Positions 26,201-40,900 of a stretch of 64,000 bases of DNA are shown piece by piece; position 1 is the stretch's first letter, and the number at the start of each line of letters is the position of its first letter. Position numbers and translations under genes: made by a program. Source of the DNA: Tubiluchus corallicola (taxonomy: Eukaryota > Animalia > Priapulida); contig JAQGDQ010000217.1 in assembly GCA_030141605.1 (NCBI GenBank), positions 62,001 to 126,000 on the forward strand, in the 5' to 3' direction. The notes below the pieces were generated by a model. The model had not been told where the DNA came from and did no database searches. It saw nothing but the letters and a program-made list of their open reading frames with translations.

Positions 26201-28589
26201 CTGTCAATTTTTAAGTTTTTGATATCTTAATAAAACCATCCGCTATTAACAGGTGATAATAAAATCGTCTAGAAATTTTCCAGTTCGTGTTTGACATAGA
26301 GAATTACAACCACGACCTTTTCATATATACTGACAAACGAGGTTAACGGTTTGGGAAAGACATGTAATTGCTTCATCCGTGCCCACTTGCGCTTAAACAA
26401 GATTCTGGTGCAGCCATGCTTGCATCAGTTGCTTTTATTTAATTGGGAAACGTTGTGCGGTGAGTTGGACAGAAATCATATTATCTCTGTAGAACATAAG
26501 CACTGCGGTCAAAGTTTATTGATAGATGTCTCTGAAATTGCTTAGTTTAAGAAATACTTTCTTTTGATTGATGTTTTGGCGGTCAGTATAGAAACTCTAG
26601 TCACTCATCAGACGACTGAAGTCATTCACAGTCGAATGTACAGTGCAACTTCGGTTAATGAAGAAAGTTATCAGCGTGTAATTTCGTGATACAAAAAAAA
26701 CATTGAGAAAACATTTTATGTCAATATGATCATTTAAATGCCCTTAAAGAACTTAGAAAAAGAGAAATTATGAATTACAGAGCAACATTGAATTTTGTTT
26801 ATTTAAGTAAAATAAGCAAGCACGCAGGTGCATGTTGTGAAACGTAGGATTTCTAATAGCTATAGTTAAATGAAGCCGTTTTAACCCTTTCAAACCGTTC
26901 TACTGTTGTATTCAAATTAACACTCGTACGGTCAAAGATCTCAAAATTATTTTAAGAGATTTCTAATTTCTCATTTTACATAAATGTTATATCAGAAATT
27001 TAACACTAAACTTGTCCCACTACATATTTTCAGTTCAAAGACAGAAATGCTTTTTATTTTTTATTGCGCCATGTAGTGTAACTCTTGAATTGCACGCACG
27101 TAAACGACTTCTAATATCTGCATCAGTTTAAACCATCCAGTTCTGATTTCATGACATCCATTGGTGGTCCATTTGTCTTGTAAGAGTTAGCTAATGCGCT
27201 TAAGAACGTTTGTCGTTTATATCACGACATTGCAGCCTCGTTTATATTAGGCAGTCTCGTATAAAAGCCACTTCACTAATACGCACAATGGGGACTGATT
27301 ATCGGGAGCGATTTGCAGAAACTGTAAACCTGTATCTATACGACATCATCTGTGTGGTTTTTCTTGTTTGTATAATCAGTTGCATCAACATGTTGTCATA
27401 TAAATGCCGATTTTAGCTTTCGTAAAGTGTTGAATCGTTTGCAGTTTTTGTATTTAAATGTCTTTTTGGTTTAAAAAAATATCGCATATGGCAGCACTTG
27501 TTTTTTTAATGCTACATATAAAGCGGCAAACAGTTTACCATCGATTAACTAATTGCAAAATGTGATTGTAAAATATACATAGACTAGTTAATCACCAGGT
27601 GTTTGCAGTTAGTAAAAAGGTTGTATCTTAAGCGTAATTGTTCTTGCCGCGTTTTAACCTATTGTACATTGCTTCTGGAAAAAACGAGGTATGATACGCC
27701 AGAAAGTGAAGTTCCAGCATCCACGATTGGAAGTTAAACAGTATGGGATTAATGTGTGCTTAATCGTGATACTAGATAAGTACAATTGCTCCACGATCAC
27801 TGATCCAACTAAAATTCACCCACATTTACAATAATGTTTGAACCTGCAGGGCCTTGGAAGCCATATATGGCTCTATTGTATTAGTTATAACATCATCTAA
27901 CAGCGTTTCTAGCATGGCTTCTGGTCAGGACGAGTGAACGCGATGGCATTATGCCAATTTCAAAAGTGCAAGTAAAATTAAAATTCAGAAAAGTACTACA
28001 GCCATCAAGCGATCAACGATCAGTCACCAATAACTAAAAAAGCATGCCATACTTTACGAAATACTCAGTAAATGTTAATCCCGTGAGATGACACTTCTAG
28101 TGCTTTACCATAAGATGTTTGAAGAATTGAGATAGCTTAGCGCATAAAAATGGCTTCTGGTCCAAGCAGCGGAATCCCAAAGTTGGGCGTCCCATGCACC
28201 AACATTTTTTTTTCAAACTTAGCACGTTAACAAACTTTTACCACTGGATAGATAACAAAACTGACAGCTTTCCTGATCTTAGGCCAGTGTATGTAATTGA
28301 TGAAAACTGGCAATATGTGATTACAGAGAATGTCGACATATTTTACAATTGCTAGGAAATGGCTTTTTAAAACACCGAGATCTCCAGCACTATTTTAATG
28401 AGGAAATTTTGAAGTACGTATAAAGCTGTAACATTTTGATACTGTAAATTTAATTTATAATATTCATGTTCGTTCAGTTTATATCTCATGAAGACTGCTA
28501 TATTAGATCGCATGGACCAACTACAGCTATCGGACCCACGGAAATAGGGGCAGAGAGAGAGAGGGGAGCTGAGACAGAAGGAGCGGGAG

Positions 28590-28630
28590 AGTGTGTGTGC
28601 GTCCGTGTGTGTGTGTGTGTGTGTGTGTGT
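28590..28630. repeat. (GT)n microsatellite flanked by GA-rich sequence
   Basis: Seen directly. Confidence 0.9.
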
Positions 28631-29600
28631 AAGGCGGTAGGAGGGAGAGAGGGCTGAGAGAAGCTACGATCGATAATCGAGAAAACGCCAAAATGCACCA
28701 AGATTTACCCAAAACGTGGTAAAATGTCCATGGGGTTCCATCGGGTTATTTAAGATTTTTTTGTTCTTCCTAGAATGGGGAAAGATTTTTGTGTTGGCAT
28801 AATGAGGAGAAATATTGTGCATTTGCAAGCACTTTTTATTTTTACTTCACTGTATTAGTTTAGTTGTCCTCCCCGTTAAATAATTTAGAAAGCGTGCAAG
28901 CGCTCATAGCCATACCCGCCGATAATGTTATAAATTGCCTATAATTGGCAGTCTGAAAAGCATTGTAAACGAAAAGCACTTTCCCCACATAACATAATTA
29001 CACATTATGCGCGCACGAGCAAGTAACTTCAAAGCCAAAATCTGGACCATTAAAAGCGTTAATTTATTACACGATTGCATAAAATTCCCCCGTTCCAGTC
29101 AGCGTGTCGCATGCGGTTGTAGCATCATCATCGCGCTTGCGTTCCGATTTGGAACTTAGTTAAGCTAATTGCGTCTTGCATTCCATATCTGTATTGTTTT
29201 TACTGCCAGCAATAAATTTCGCGCTGAACAAAGTCGTTCTTTCTACTTTTATGACTCATTTGTGAGAAGGAATAAGAATCATTAATGCCGCCTGTATGGT
29301 CGTTACGAGTTGCAATAGGTTTGTGTGAAGCTTGAGGGTTTGTTACAATAACAATTCAATAATTTGCTTGGTATTGAATTGCCGTGAAGGTATCGTGCAG
29401 ATTTATTAAAAATTCATGGACAAAATCAAACGCTCTTCGCTGCAACATTAGGTAACTTGCACTTACTATAGATGCGTAGAAAAATAGAAATAATATTTTA
29501 TAGGTTTAGAGCTTTTGCACATTTACGGTAACTCGGTTAGAGAAGATGCAGACGAAAGCAAGAGTCTCAACTTCCTTGAGTTTTTCCCTTAGTAGAAATC

Positions 29601-29650
29601 ATAGTAACAGTAACAGTAACAGTAACAGTAACAGGGCCACAACAGTAACA
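29601..29650. repeat. (AGTAAC)n hexanucleotide microsatellite
   Basis: About five perfect units plus degenerate units. Confidence 0.85.
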
Positions 29651-30859
29651 GTCGCTGTACGAACAGTAAGCAGTCGTTGTCAAGGGCATAGAAGTGCTTC
29701 ATACCATTTAGGAAAAGTACACATTATATTTGTAGCTTTTTTAAGATTTAACGCAGCATGGTTTTAATTTTAGACAAAACTAAACTCAAGTATAATCACT
29801 TAATCACCGTTGCTGAACCATTAAATCTAATGAACTGTACACAACGCAGACAGGCCTAGGCGTAGGCCTGTATAATGCACATTTATCATACTAACCCGAA
29901 GGTACGTGTACGTTCAATCTCGCCACATTTTGTTAAATAGTTGGCAAATTAAAGAAGTCAGTATCATTCACCAAGCATACACTTTTGTGGAAATCAGTTA
30001 ACAATCTTATTAGTGGCGGAATCTGACAACATTCAGAGTTGCTGTTAATGTCTGATTATACTGTGCATTTCTGCAACACACGGCTGATGGATTTTGTAAG
30101 ATTATTTGAATGTTAAAAGACGAAACAAGGCTACAACCCTGTGAATGTATTCATCGAAGCCAGGAGTTTTTATTAGCTTATTTGTGTTTTTGATTATGTT
30201 GACACTTATGCAGCATTTGCTTATCAGTAATTGAAGCTTTAAGCATGTAACTCGTCGGCACTCTAAAGTAATAGAGGTCGAAGATGGCTTACTACATTAT
30301 TCACAACTCTTACGCCTCATGAATCAATGTTTTATGTTAAAGCTATCACTGCCTACCTAATTATTAATGAAGGTACGCCAGAGAGTAATTATCCTACATA
30401 GTATGAGAATTAATCAGATGGATGAGTTTTGGTTAACCCGTTTTATTGCTTAGGGTAAAGGTGGTGATCGAGTGGTATCGATTTGCTCGATTACTACAAT
30501 ACGGAAAGTATTCCTGTAACAAAAGTTATAGACTGGATCCTGTTGAAGGAAGCCTCAGAAATGAGTTAATGTGTACTCTCGATCACCAGTTTTTCATGAA
30601 ATGTCGCAATCTAGATGCGGTTACATGACTGTAGTTATTGAAATTGTGATACTGTAATTGTTGCTCTGTTGAACTCTTGGAGTTGTGGGACTGTATCATG
30701 TTAACCGCACTAAAAAGATAGTTATCGAGATTTGGAAGACATACATGTTATTTGATAACAAAAGTTATGAATTGACTGTTGTTCGGGTAAACGGTTTTTC
30801 CTCAGTTGGGCACCTTTCTCTTAGACCGTTGGGTTTGTTTAATGTCTTGAAAAAATTAC

Positions 30860-31724
30860 CTTCAAGTTGGTATTTTTCAGCAGCAGGTAGAAGCAAATGC
30901 GCCATTTCTGCTAGTTTATCTGTGTGACCCGTATAAATGTAGGTAATCATTTCTCGCACCGTGTCTGCATCAAAGTCTTTTATCCGTAGATGAGTATTGG
31001 CAACTGGAATGTCTGGAAGGAATTTGTTGTGGTCAAAAGTTGTGGCGAATACAGAAGACTGTATAGAAAGCACGGCCTTGTGAGCCGTGAAAGTCTGCGT
31101 GGCCTTCTCACCGGCCGTAATGGTCACGTCTGTATGGGCTTTGTCTTGCAAGAGTTTCTCACCCAGTGACTCGAAGACACCATAACAACTGTTTGACATG
31201 AGAAGGCTACGTCGGTTGTTGGCAGAACAAGGTTGCGTGGGCGGGCTAGGTGGTATGCTGTACCGGCCCGCCTGCCGGACGTCCACATTACAGAACATAA
31301 AGAGTGAACCATCAGGCAGGAGATAGTCTTGTACAACGTCAAGGGGCAGGAATTCCCTCCATCCCCAGTCGTTGCCCCAGTCATTGTGTGTGGCTGATTT
31401 ACTATGCACGCACGCGCATTCATCGTCTCGTATCCCTATGGAGTATGTCACCTCAAAGTTGGCTCGACAGCTGACAGAATGGTGAGTCCTGTCAAAGCAC
31501 TTCAACAGTTTTAAATAGGCGGAGATATACTCCTTCTGCGTGTTGTCGCGAACATACTTCTTGAAGTACACTCGCCACTGTATCTTCACGATGTTCTCCT
31601 GGATGTAGGAGGACAGAAAATCCATGAAGAGCTCATCTGGGTTTTGTTTAAATCTCACATGAAAATTCGGAATTTGAAATGCGTAGTGAGCCATGACTGA
31701 TGCACTAGAAGTATCACCTTTCAT
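30860..31724 (-). CDS. MATH-BTB (SPOP/Roadkill-like) Cullin-3 substrate adaptor, coding exon 1 (MATH domain plus most of BTB); spliced protein is 378 aa to the first stop
   Basis: MATH motifs 'YISAYLKL' and 'DWGWREFL...YLLPDGSLFMFCNV'; BTB motifs 'TDVTI...FTAHKAVLSIQSSVF...IKDFDADTVREMITYIYTG...LLPAAEKYQL'. Donor GAAG|GTAATT at 30860/30859. Confidence 0.92.
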
Positions 31725-34700
31725 TCAGAAAGCTGTTGTCTTAAACAGTGTGTCAGTTCTGTCGAGGGAAATTTACTTTGAAAAGCAACGTCTCTCCCTC
31801 ATTTTTTCTACTTCGCTGCGCGATAAAATTATATATACTTTATTATTCGTAGCTTTTTAATCGCGCAGTTTCAATTATATCAATCACATTTTGTAATCGT
31901 TCACCTTTTCAATTCCAGTGATCAATGCGCACTTATATTAAATGGCAACTCTTCTTGATATCCACTCTTTGACTCTTCCATATAATTAAAAACTTGTCAC
32001 ATTTCCTTTTGAATAGACAAACCAGATTCAAATGATTTAGTACATTTGTTGGGAAGCCACTGCACTTTGCACTGTGTCATCTAGTATAATGTTGAATCTC
32101 TAAATGCTTCTTAGTAGGATTAGTTTGCCGAATTCATTACACGCATTATGCTGTAGACTGGCATAAGCGTTTGAAGTTCGGAAACAGCGTTTCGGAGATT
32201 TCAATTTAACCAAAATATCGATTATAGTATTCAATACACGTGCATTATTTATGAGCACCAAGATATGAGCGCTTCATATACGAGTCTCTGATTGATTTCT
32301 TCTACTGGTAAAGATTGGTAGCACGGAGCAGACCATCATCTCTGACTGCCCTCGCCTGATTGGCCAGCTTGCTAATGACATGCCCGCCGCTGCACATTTC
32401 TGCTAGTTTGTCACTCGCATCGATCACCACTCGGCTTTTTAGCGGTGCCGCTCTCTTTTGTCGTGTAGCCTCTTCTGTAGACTTTGTGATTATACCCTTG
32501 AATGGTTGCAAAACTCGAGTTGTAGTGTCAATAGCTATTCAGAAGCTGTGTTCGGTGACTTATTGAAGCCATTTAATCGGGAAGCCGATCGAAATCTATT
32601 GCGTCATAGCGGCATATATTAGCGCTTTATCGTTTTTAAGCCGTAACGCTTTACTATAGGATTCTTTTCTTTTACTCCTCTTATTAAAATATTATATACA
32701 GACAAAAATTGAACCAGAACAATTAATCAGACTAACAACCATAGTTTAAGTTCAAAATCTGGTCCATCAGTGAATTCATTTTAGTCAAATTTGTGATCTC
32801 TGCGCATTGCAGCCGGTGATAAACTACAAATTAATTACTGCTGACGCAACCAAGCGTCTTATTTGCATATTACTGCAATTTATTGTAAAAGGAAATTATA
32901 ATAGACGAAGCCTACGTGAGCATATATGGGTGCGTTAAAAGATGTATTTGAAACTGATTTCGGTGTGAATATCGCTTGATTGTCTTCTCTGTAATAGATG
33001 ACAATAACGAATTGGCGGTGCATGTAAAATTTCGGTGAAAAACTGAGCGGGTCTTAGCTATGAGTAACCCATGAACGATATTTAGAAGATTTATTTTTAA
33101 AAGGCTCCCAAGTTTTCATATTCTTTTCACAGAACAGCAATAATTGGCTTCCCTGAATGAACAAGTGGATTATCCTCATACTTAATATTCACTGCGCGCC
33201 ATCTAGCCGGAGAAACTACATTAATAAATGCAGTAGTTTTGTTTAATAAATGTTGCTAGTAAAATTAGTGTTTTGCACTTTTGTCTCAAATTCTTTCTCG
33301 CTAATAAGTAATCACATGAATGCATTTTGTGTAAATTCATCATTTTCTATTTTTTTCAGCAAACTTATAATCCCAATCTACCACGTCACCTGTCGTTAGC
33401 AATTTGTAGGACTGGAGTGCATATGTTGGAGTTCAGGCAGAAGGTATATTAACAAATATAGTTGCATAATTGATATTGCTAATACTCTACTCATGTTGTA
33501 AACAGACTTACTAAAAATCAATGGTTCAGTGGAGAATATATATTTATATACACAAATGGCTACCCAAAACAAAATTTTGCATAACATGTTTTTTAATAAA
33601 TAATCCTTAGTTTAACAATTGAGTCTTCTGAACAGTTTAAAACTTTTGTTTAAAAAGGTGGACAGTAATACATGCTGTGCTGCTCTTTAACACCTATTTC
33701 TGATTTACAGAAAGTACTCAAATCGTATGAATATGAAGACATTGTGAACTACAGCCCCAGTGCCAAACAACTGATGCTTATTGTTGGAGATGTAGCTAAA
33801 GGGACGAAGTACATATTCAACACTTCTGAGGTAGATTAGTGTGAATAGTTTGCTTCTTTTTGCATTGGAAGGAATTTGCTGTAGTCATACATTGTGGCAA
33901 ATTAATGAGTGGTTAATGTGAAAACATTATTTCATTCACTATATTGATGTAATGGCAGTGCACATCATCAAAGTTAACACATGAATGTGGGATGTGACTA
34001 ACAGGCACGTTTTTCTTGGCTGAATTTCTAAATAATATATTATTTGAAATTCTGTATTGCATGTAAAACTTACAAATATTTATAAAAATTAGAATTAATG
34101 ATGTGTGGTCTGACATCTACTGGTCGAACAGCTGCATGGTTCTTGCCCACAATTTTCTTAAGCATGTATTGTAAGTTTTTTGTAATACAAATAGATTTTC
34201 ACTCAATAGTGCAGACTTTCTACAGTTTTATACAGTACTTTAATGCAAATTTACAATACCAGCTTTCCATTTATCTAGGCATCCCAGATTGCTCATCTAA
34301 TAAAAGACTACTGTAGCGCCATTCGAGCCAGCAGAAAGCGGGACAAGGTCAAAGTTGATGAGAGATCAAGGGCAGCAAAGAGCATTCTAGTAAAACAACC
34401 ACCAAAATTTGATCATTTGTACTGACAGTAATTGCTCACCAACAATTAGGTGTAACTGATATTTATTTTTTGCTTAGTGATACAGAAATTAAATTTAATT
34501 AATACAGAGAAATTGTGTTATTTATCAAAAATGGTATAGTAACTTATATTTATTTTTGTACTCTAACACAGAAACTATGATCAAGAAATAATGCTATTTA
34601 CTTGTAAAAATGTTGATTTTGGTTTATAGAGAAAAATAGCATGAATATTGCCTGCTGGTCATACAAAATGACTAAATTTTCACACACTGAGAACACAACG

Positions 34701-34989
34701 TGATTAAAGGATAAAAATTCTGTTGAACACGTTACGAAATTTTTTATCCACTTTAAGCAAACTGCTGCTGCTTTACACAACTTTTTAGCTACAAATTGCT
34801 TTCTACGCTGATTTCTTTATTACTATTATAATGTCTACTGCTGTTGCAGCATTTTCGCATTTTCCCAGCAGTTTTAATTGTCTTGAGAATAATTAATTGG
34901 GTTGCACCACGAAATTATCAAAACAGCTCATCAGCACTCACTTGTGAGGAATCACTGATTAATAGAATAACTAGGTGACACACCATACT

Positions 34990-37900
34990 CTACGAAGCCC
35001 AGATTTCAATTAACCGCTGACGTTGATTACGATATCTCTCTAGTTCTTTCTTTCTTTTCTTGTAACTTTTGAACTCTATATAAAATGGTTTATATCTTCG
35101 ACGTGCCAATTCCAACTTTCCCTTGCTGTGGATCATATCGAAGTCAAGTTCTTCATCTTTTGACACCTCTTCTCTAACCTGAAATATAGTATTGAGACCT
35201 GTTAAATTTCTTATAATTTTTATATTATACACTGGCAACAACTGCAACATTAGTTTCGAAATACGCTCGCGTCTACTTAAATCTCTAATGACTGTAACTG
35301 TTCACAAAAGTTATGATACGCACTCAGAACATGACGAACAGTAGTAGCAAAAATACATATTAATAGCCAAATTTTTAATTTGATTTACATTTTGTCTTGA
35401 AACTTGAGCATATTCATTACTTTCATAACTTGGACAAATGGTTTCACACTATAATATACCCACCTCATCTGGTTCAGCAAGTACAACAGGCAAGTTTTCT
35501 CGTTCCTTCCGAAACTCCACAACATACAGTTTCTTCCGATCTGCCAGTTGCTGATGTGTTACCTGCCAAGAAGCATATATTACATCAGTTAGACACAACA
35601 CATATTTTAACCTTGGACATCCCTTGAATGAACGATCGCCAGGGCTCAATTATTATTATCATTTATTCATATAATACTGATATATATCAATATCTACTAT
35701 AGGCCATTTCATTCACTATACTAATTTTGGCTGTTAACTTTTGCAAAGGGAAAATGCATTCATATCCAAGTGCAGCAAATGCACTTTTGATGGTTAAGTG
35801 CCTCATCTTAGAGGCACAACCCTGGTAATAAGCCATGTTTCTGTCTCTGCGCAGCAACCCACATTGAACAGACTGCACTAAATGCTGGTTTCCAATTTGA
35901 GCTATGCTATAGCGTAAAAAAATTAATTTGTTATACAACTAATTGCTACATCTGTTGAGAAGTATTGGCATTTTTATTTTCTGAAAGCAAAATAAGGCAA
36001 CAAAGCCTTAGCACCAAAAACAGCATTTTTATGCAGTTTATTACACTGCAAACTGGTACTCAGCATTTAACAGGAGAGCTTACAAATCATGTTAAATAAC
36101 TCTAGCAGGACCAGTTTCCCAGACCACTGCAAAATATAAACCAAGTATGGTGTGGTTTAACTGTACAGTGATATTTCAATCACACTCTGACCATACATCT
36201 TGCATTAGTGCTGTTTACATTTTTTTAGCCTGATGCTATTTTGCTTAACTTATAGTAAATGGGTCAAGGTACACAAACTTAATTTGGAGACAAACAAGGC
36301 TTAGACAGTAAGGAAAATTCCAATTAGGTAAATCTATATCCTCAAAAATATGAATCACTTAAGCCTGTCTTGACACAGCATACCTGCTTTGAAAGCCCAT
36401 CGAAAAGAGCCTTTGTCAAATTCTGTATGTTTTTCGTCGAGCCTTCAACTTTCGCATACATGTCCTTGATTCCAATTACCTCACAAATTGTCCTTATGGC
36501 TCGGTGGCAGACAAGACCAAATCCTTGGGGTTTGCGCTTCATGTATATTTTCGAGTGGTAGAACTTGGTGAAAATGTCATGAAAAACTGAAAAAAATTTG
36601 CAGTATATCTACGCTAGTATTGCACCAGCTGTGTGAAGGAAAGTTACAACCCCATTTAATTCAGAGGGTTATACTTCTGCAAACTCTTGTAGGCCTACAT
36701 ACACACTGATGACCACTTCATTGGGTGTCACATCACATCACATCATTGGGTGTCATTTTACATAACCTCTAAGATTGTAATTTTTACTAAATTCACATAA
36801 ACGACACAAACAATGATTTAAATGCTTTGCAATAACTTTTTCATTCACTTTCATTTAAATGGTACATTGGTAGAGTCAGCTATCAGCTATTAACCAATAT
36901 TAAGTGGTCAAGTTCTTGACAAATGTCACAAGGATTGACTTTAACAATGCTATTGCTCTACAGATAAAAAGCACTACCACGAATTCACAATGAAGCAACA
37001 TGACAAAATTGGCTAAAGTTGTAATTATAGAGGAGAAGCACTACACTGAGCAGGAGAGTGCCACACGCACACACATAGAAGCAGCAGTGGTAAAAAACTA
37101 GAACTATAAACTATCACTTTTATATCAATATTGTATATGACTGACTGTGAAAAATGATAATCGTACTCGTGTGATCATTATAGATTTCCATATACTGGAG
37201 TTTCTGAGCAGCCCGGTTCTTTGCTATTCTGAGTGCAGCTTTGCCATCGGGAGACTTTCCTAAACCATATCCTAAGATTCACAAAAAATTAGTGCCACTT
37301 CCAGAAATGCTATAGTAGTAAATAAATATGGATTCATAACAGCATAAATCGCTCAGACAAAAAGAGTCTGAAATGTACTAACCGCATTATAGAAAACACT
37401 ATCCAGATAGAGAGTCTGAAATGTACTAACCGCATTATAGAAAACACTATCCAGATAACTACAAACTTTTACACTATGTTACAGATACACCAAAAGTATG
37501 ATGGCACTTGCCATAAGATGGAATTGACGAAGAATTACGCTGCGTCTTATGAAACTATGTATCACATATTCCATGCAAAATTCTGCAAAAATTTAATATC
37601 AAACAGCTAAGTGACGGTGGATACCTTAAAATAAAAAAATGTTCCTGCAAATCCTACCTATACAAAAAATGAATGCAGCAACATGCATGTAAACAACAGT
37701 TTAGCAATAGGCTGAATGTAAATACCTGCTAGTCCTTTGCCATTACCAGTTACAACAAAAGCACTAATGCGCCGTTTGCGACCAAGATTGCCAGTCATAG
37801 TAAAAACCTGCTTCATCTGCAAGGAAATATCAGCAGTGTGAGTGCAACACTGCAAAAGTCAGCTGCTTGCAGGTTACATAAAAATACATTGTCAAATAAA

Positions 37901-40900
37901 ACACACCATATATAGAAAAAACGTCACATAAAGAAACAAGAGCAGGTAGCAATTACTAGATAACTTGAAAGCTGAAAGAACATTCATTCTTATATCATAA
38001 ACAGCAATAATTGCCAATGTTCAATCAATTGTAGTTATACTTATTTAGCAATGTCTATGCACAGTCAGCAGTTAATATTTCAATAACACAACACAAACTG
38101 AAACATACCTCTAAAACTTTTGTATCAAATCCCTCAAATGTTTCTGAAAAATAATAATTACACTAAAAAACGAATGGCACAGTTTTAGCACAACTGTTGT
38201 AAGCACGACTAGAAAGAAAGGAAAAACGTTTTCCAATTGTTTTGAAAAACATTTTTGTACACAAATGTTTTCTTGAAAAAATCTAGTAAACAAAACTCAA
38301 CTGCAAAAGTAAATTATATATTGTTGAAGTAATTTTAAGAGAAACACGTGGCAGCAAACTTTTTAGCATCTTTAAGCTGTCAATAATTATTTATAAATCA
38401 TGCTAGAAGAATATGTACACATTCGGTAATCAATGCACGGAATTCCTAAATACTAGTGCAGGCAAGGCATATTAAAGGAAAATAGGATGATTTTTCATAT
38501 TCAATTCAACTACCCCATTTTCAAGTTGGATTGTAAGTATACATTTTAACACAATTAATACTACAAAGGCGTTTCTGCTAACTAAATAATAGGTTAAAAA
38601 CTTAATTAATGACAGCCGAGCCCAGCTATTGATGACATCACAAACTAACACAATTTTCAACAGCAAAAATATTGTACGAGTGTGTTGCGCATGTTTGCGA
38701 AAGCGAAAATTGAAGTACAGTGCTACTGTAAGATATTCAGTGTGTTATACTAAAACTAGGCAAGTTTTAAGAAAAAAATTCAAATTTAAAACGCATGAGT
38801 TGTCGAACGTGTGTGGTTCGTCACAATCTAACACATCTAAAGTGAGAGGTACAGCATTTTATGCAATGCGTTTCCGAAATACAGGTGCTAGTGCTCGTCT
38901 AACTAGCAAATGGCGAAAAGCATGTAACAGCAAAGAACTAGTGGCGTGAACGTGAAATTTTGTTTGTGCGGTAATAATTCATTTACATAGTCATTTCTGA
39001 AAATATTGTGTTTCCTTTCAAAATTTTAAAGAGCAGATTGTTTCGATCTACAGTTTAAAATTGGATCCGGTTTTCCTTTAAAATTCTGACAAAATTTATT
39101 TTTTGCCAAATTGTACATATTAAATCTTTAATTAGATTAAATTACATCGACTAAAATGTGTTGTGTAAAAAATAATTTAAAATATATCTAAAATAAATCC
39201 GACCAATTTTTCTCAAAAATGCCTGTGTTAAATTAAATATCAGCTAAATGAAAAACATTTTATACCTTCACCAACTGGGTCAGGAGGACCAATGCTTCGT
39301 CCTGGCATTTTGGCACCACTCCAACCCCTCTCAATGGGTGCTAATTTCAGACGTCTGAACTTTCCAACGGTATCTCTGTATTTCAGAACTTCAGCATCTC
39401 GTTCTGGATTAGGAGGTAGCTCTCGCTGTTCAACAATCTCCCTTCCTCGAAAAACTGGAGCATTCAATCCAGGCCATACCATATTTGTCTTGGAAAAGAT
39501 TGGACCTAAACAAAAATAATTCTTCAAAGTTCTAGAAAAGACCAGGCCAAAGTGAAGAACAAAAGGTTTACAGTCTTGATGAATTCATTATTTTTTTCAT
39601 ACTAAGCGCTTATGAGATGCAAAATACATTGGCAACGCTGAAACAAAATATGCGTTTGACTTTTCACATAGTTTTTCTTACCCTCTCCTAACACACGCCC
39701 TTTGTCCAAATTTTTTATAAGTCTGGTGTTGACCTTCTTACCACGACCTCGTTTTCGTCCCGCAGGACTTACACTTGTCATACCCTTCCATAGCTTATCT
39801 GCAGTGACTGAAAAGCAAACCAAAATTTGGTATCAGCTGCTACATCAAAATCGATTTTATCAAATGCGCATCATGCAGCATCAAAACGGATGCAACAAAC
39901 AACATTATTGCATACCTGGGATATACACCGTAGCATCCAAGAGAACAATGCAAATATCCATTCATATTATTTGAAGTAAATGATGCTACGAATAATTTAG
40001 CTTGCAGTTTACCTTACAGCAACACTTGATCTTTTTCTATACAGCAGATGAGGCTACTTATAAGCTAAATTAACGCCCTATAATTCTGTGGACATTTTTA
40101 AGTAAAATTTAATAGTCTAAATTATTCATCTGCCACAAAGCCAGTACTCTGAAGTTGAAGTCTATGAGTCATTTAACTTTTGAGAGGAATCGGAGTTGGA
40201 GTTGTTGACCGACTCCAACTCCAACTTAAAATAGTGCTTTTTTAAAACAATGTAGCTATGAGAAGCCACAATATAGTAACAAAAAGTCACAATTAGTTGA
40301 TTAAAATGCTCCTGCTTTGAACCTAAATTATATGGAACTGGATGAGGCACATTAATGAAATGTGTTGAAGTCAGAATTTGGAAACGGAAATGTAAGAACT
40401 TCTGGAGTGGGAGTCAGAGTGGATAGGGTTTTGGGACCAGCTCCGCAACCCTATTTTCAACATTGGTTATTTTTCTTGTTGAGGATGGATGTACATATTT
40501 CAGAGTGCACAAGATCCTTCATAATGAGATGTGCTCTGCCCTAGTTACCAGTCACAATCCTTAATCATAGCTACGAATAGCTTAGATTAGTATAACACTA
40601 GACAGGCCTAGCCTTCAAATGCTTCTGTATGCTGATCCCTTTAGAATTTTCTTAAGAGTTTCAGTAGCGGACAAAAACTCAGCGGTGCATACAGTTATGA
40701 TGATTATAATAATTACTATAATGATCAATTAAATTATCAATACGATAAATTTATTTTCATGATTACTATCATTGATATAGATGCTATTGTTAATGCTATT
40801 CTAGGAATATAGTTATCATGTTAAATTTGGTACGTATTGCTACTTATCGCGCTCTCTTATAAAATCATTTCACTTTGCTTTCTCACTTATGTGCAGGAAT

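Noticed and set aside
30765-30859. Tail of the 319-aa ORF (NFFKTLNK...)
   Set aside because: Intron read-through: BTB similarity stops at the GT donor at 30859 and resumes in the exon at 15577.
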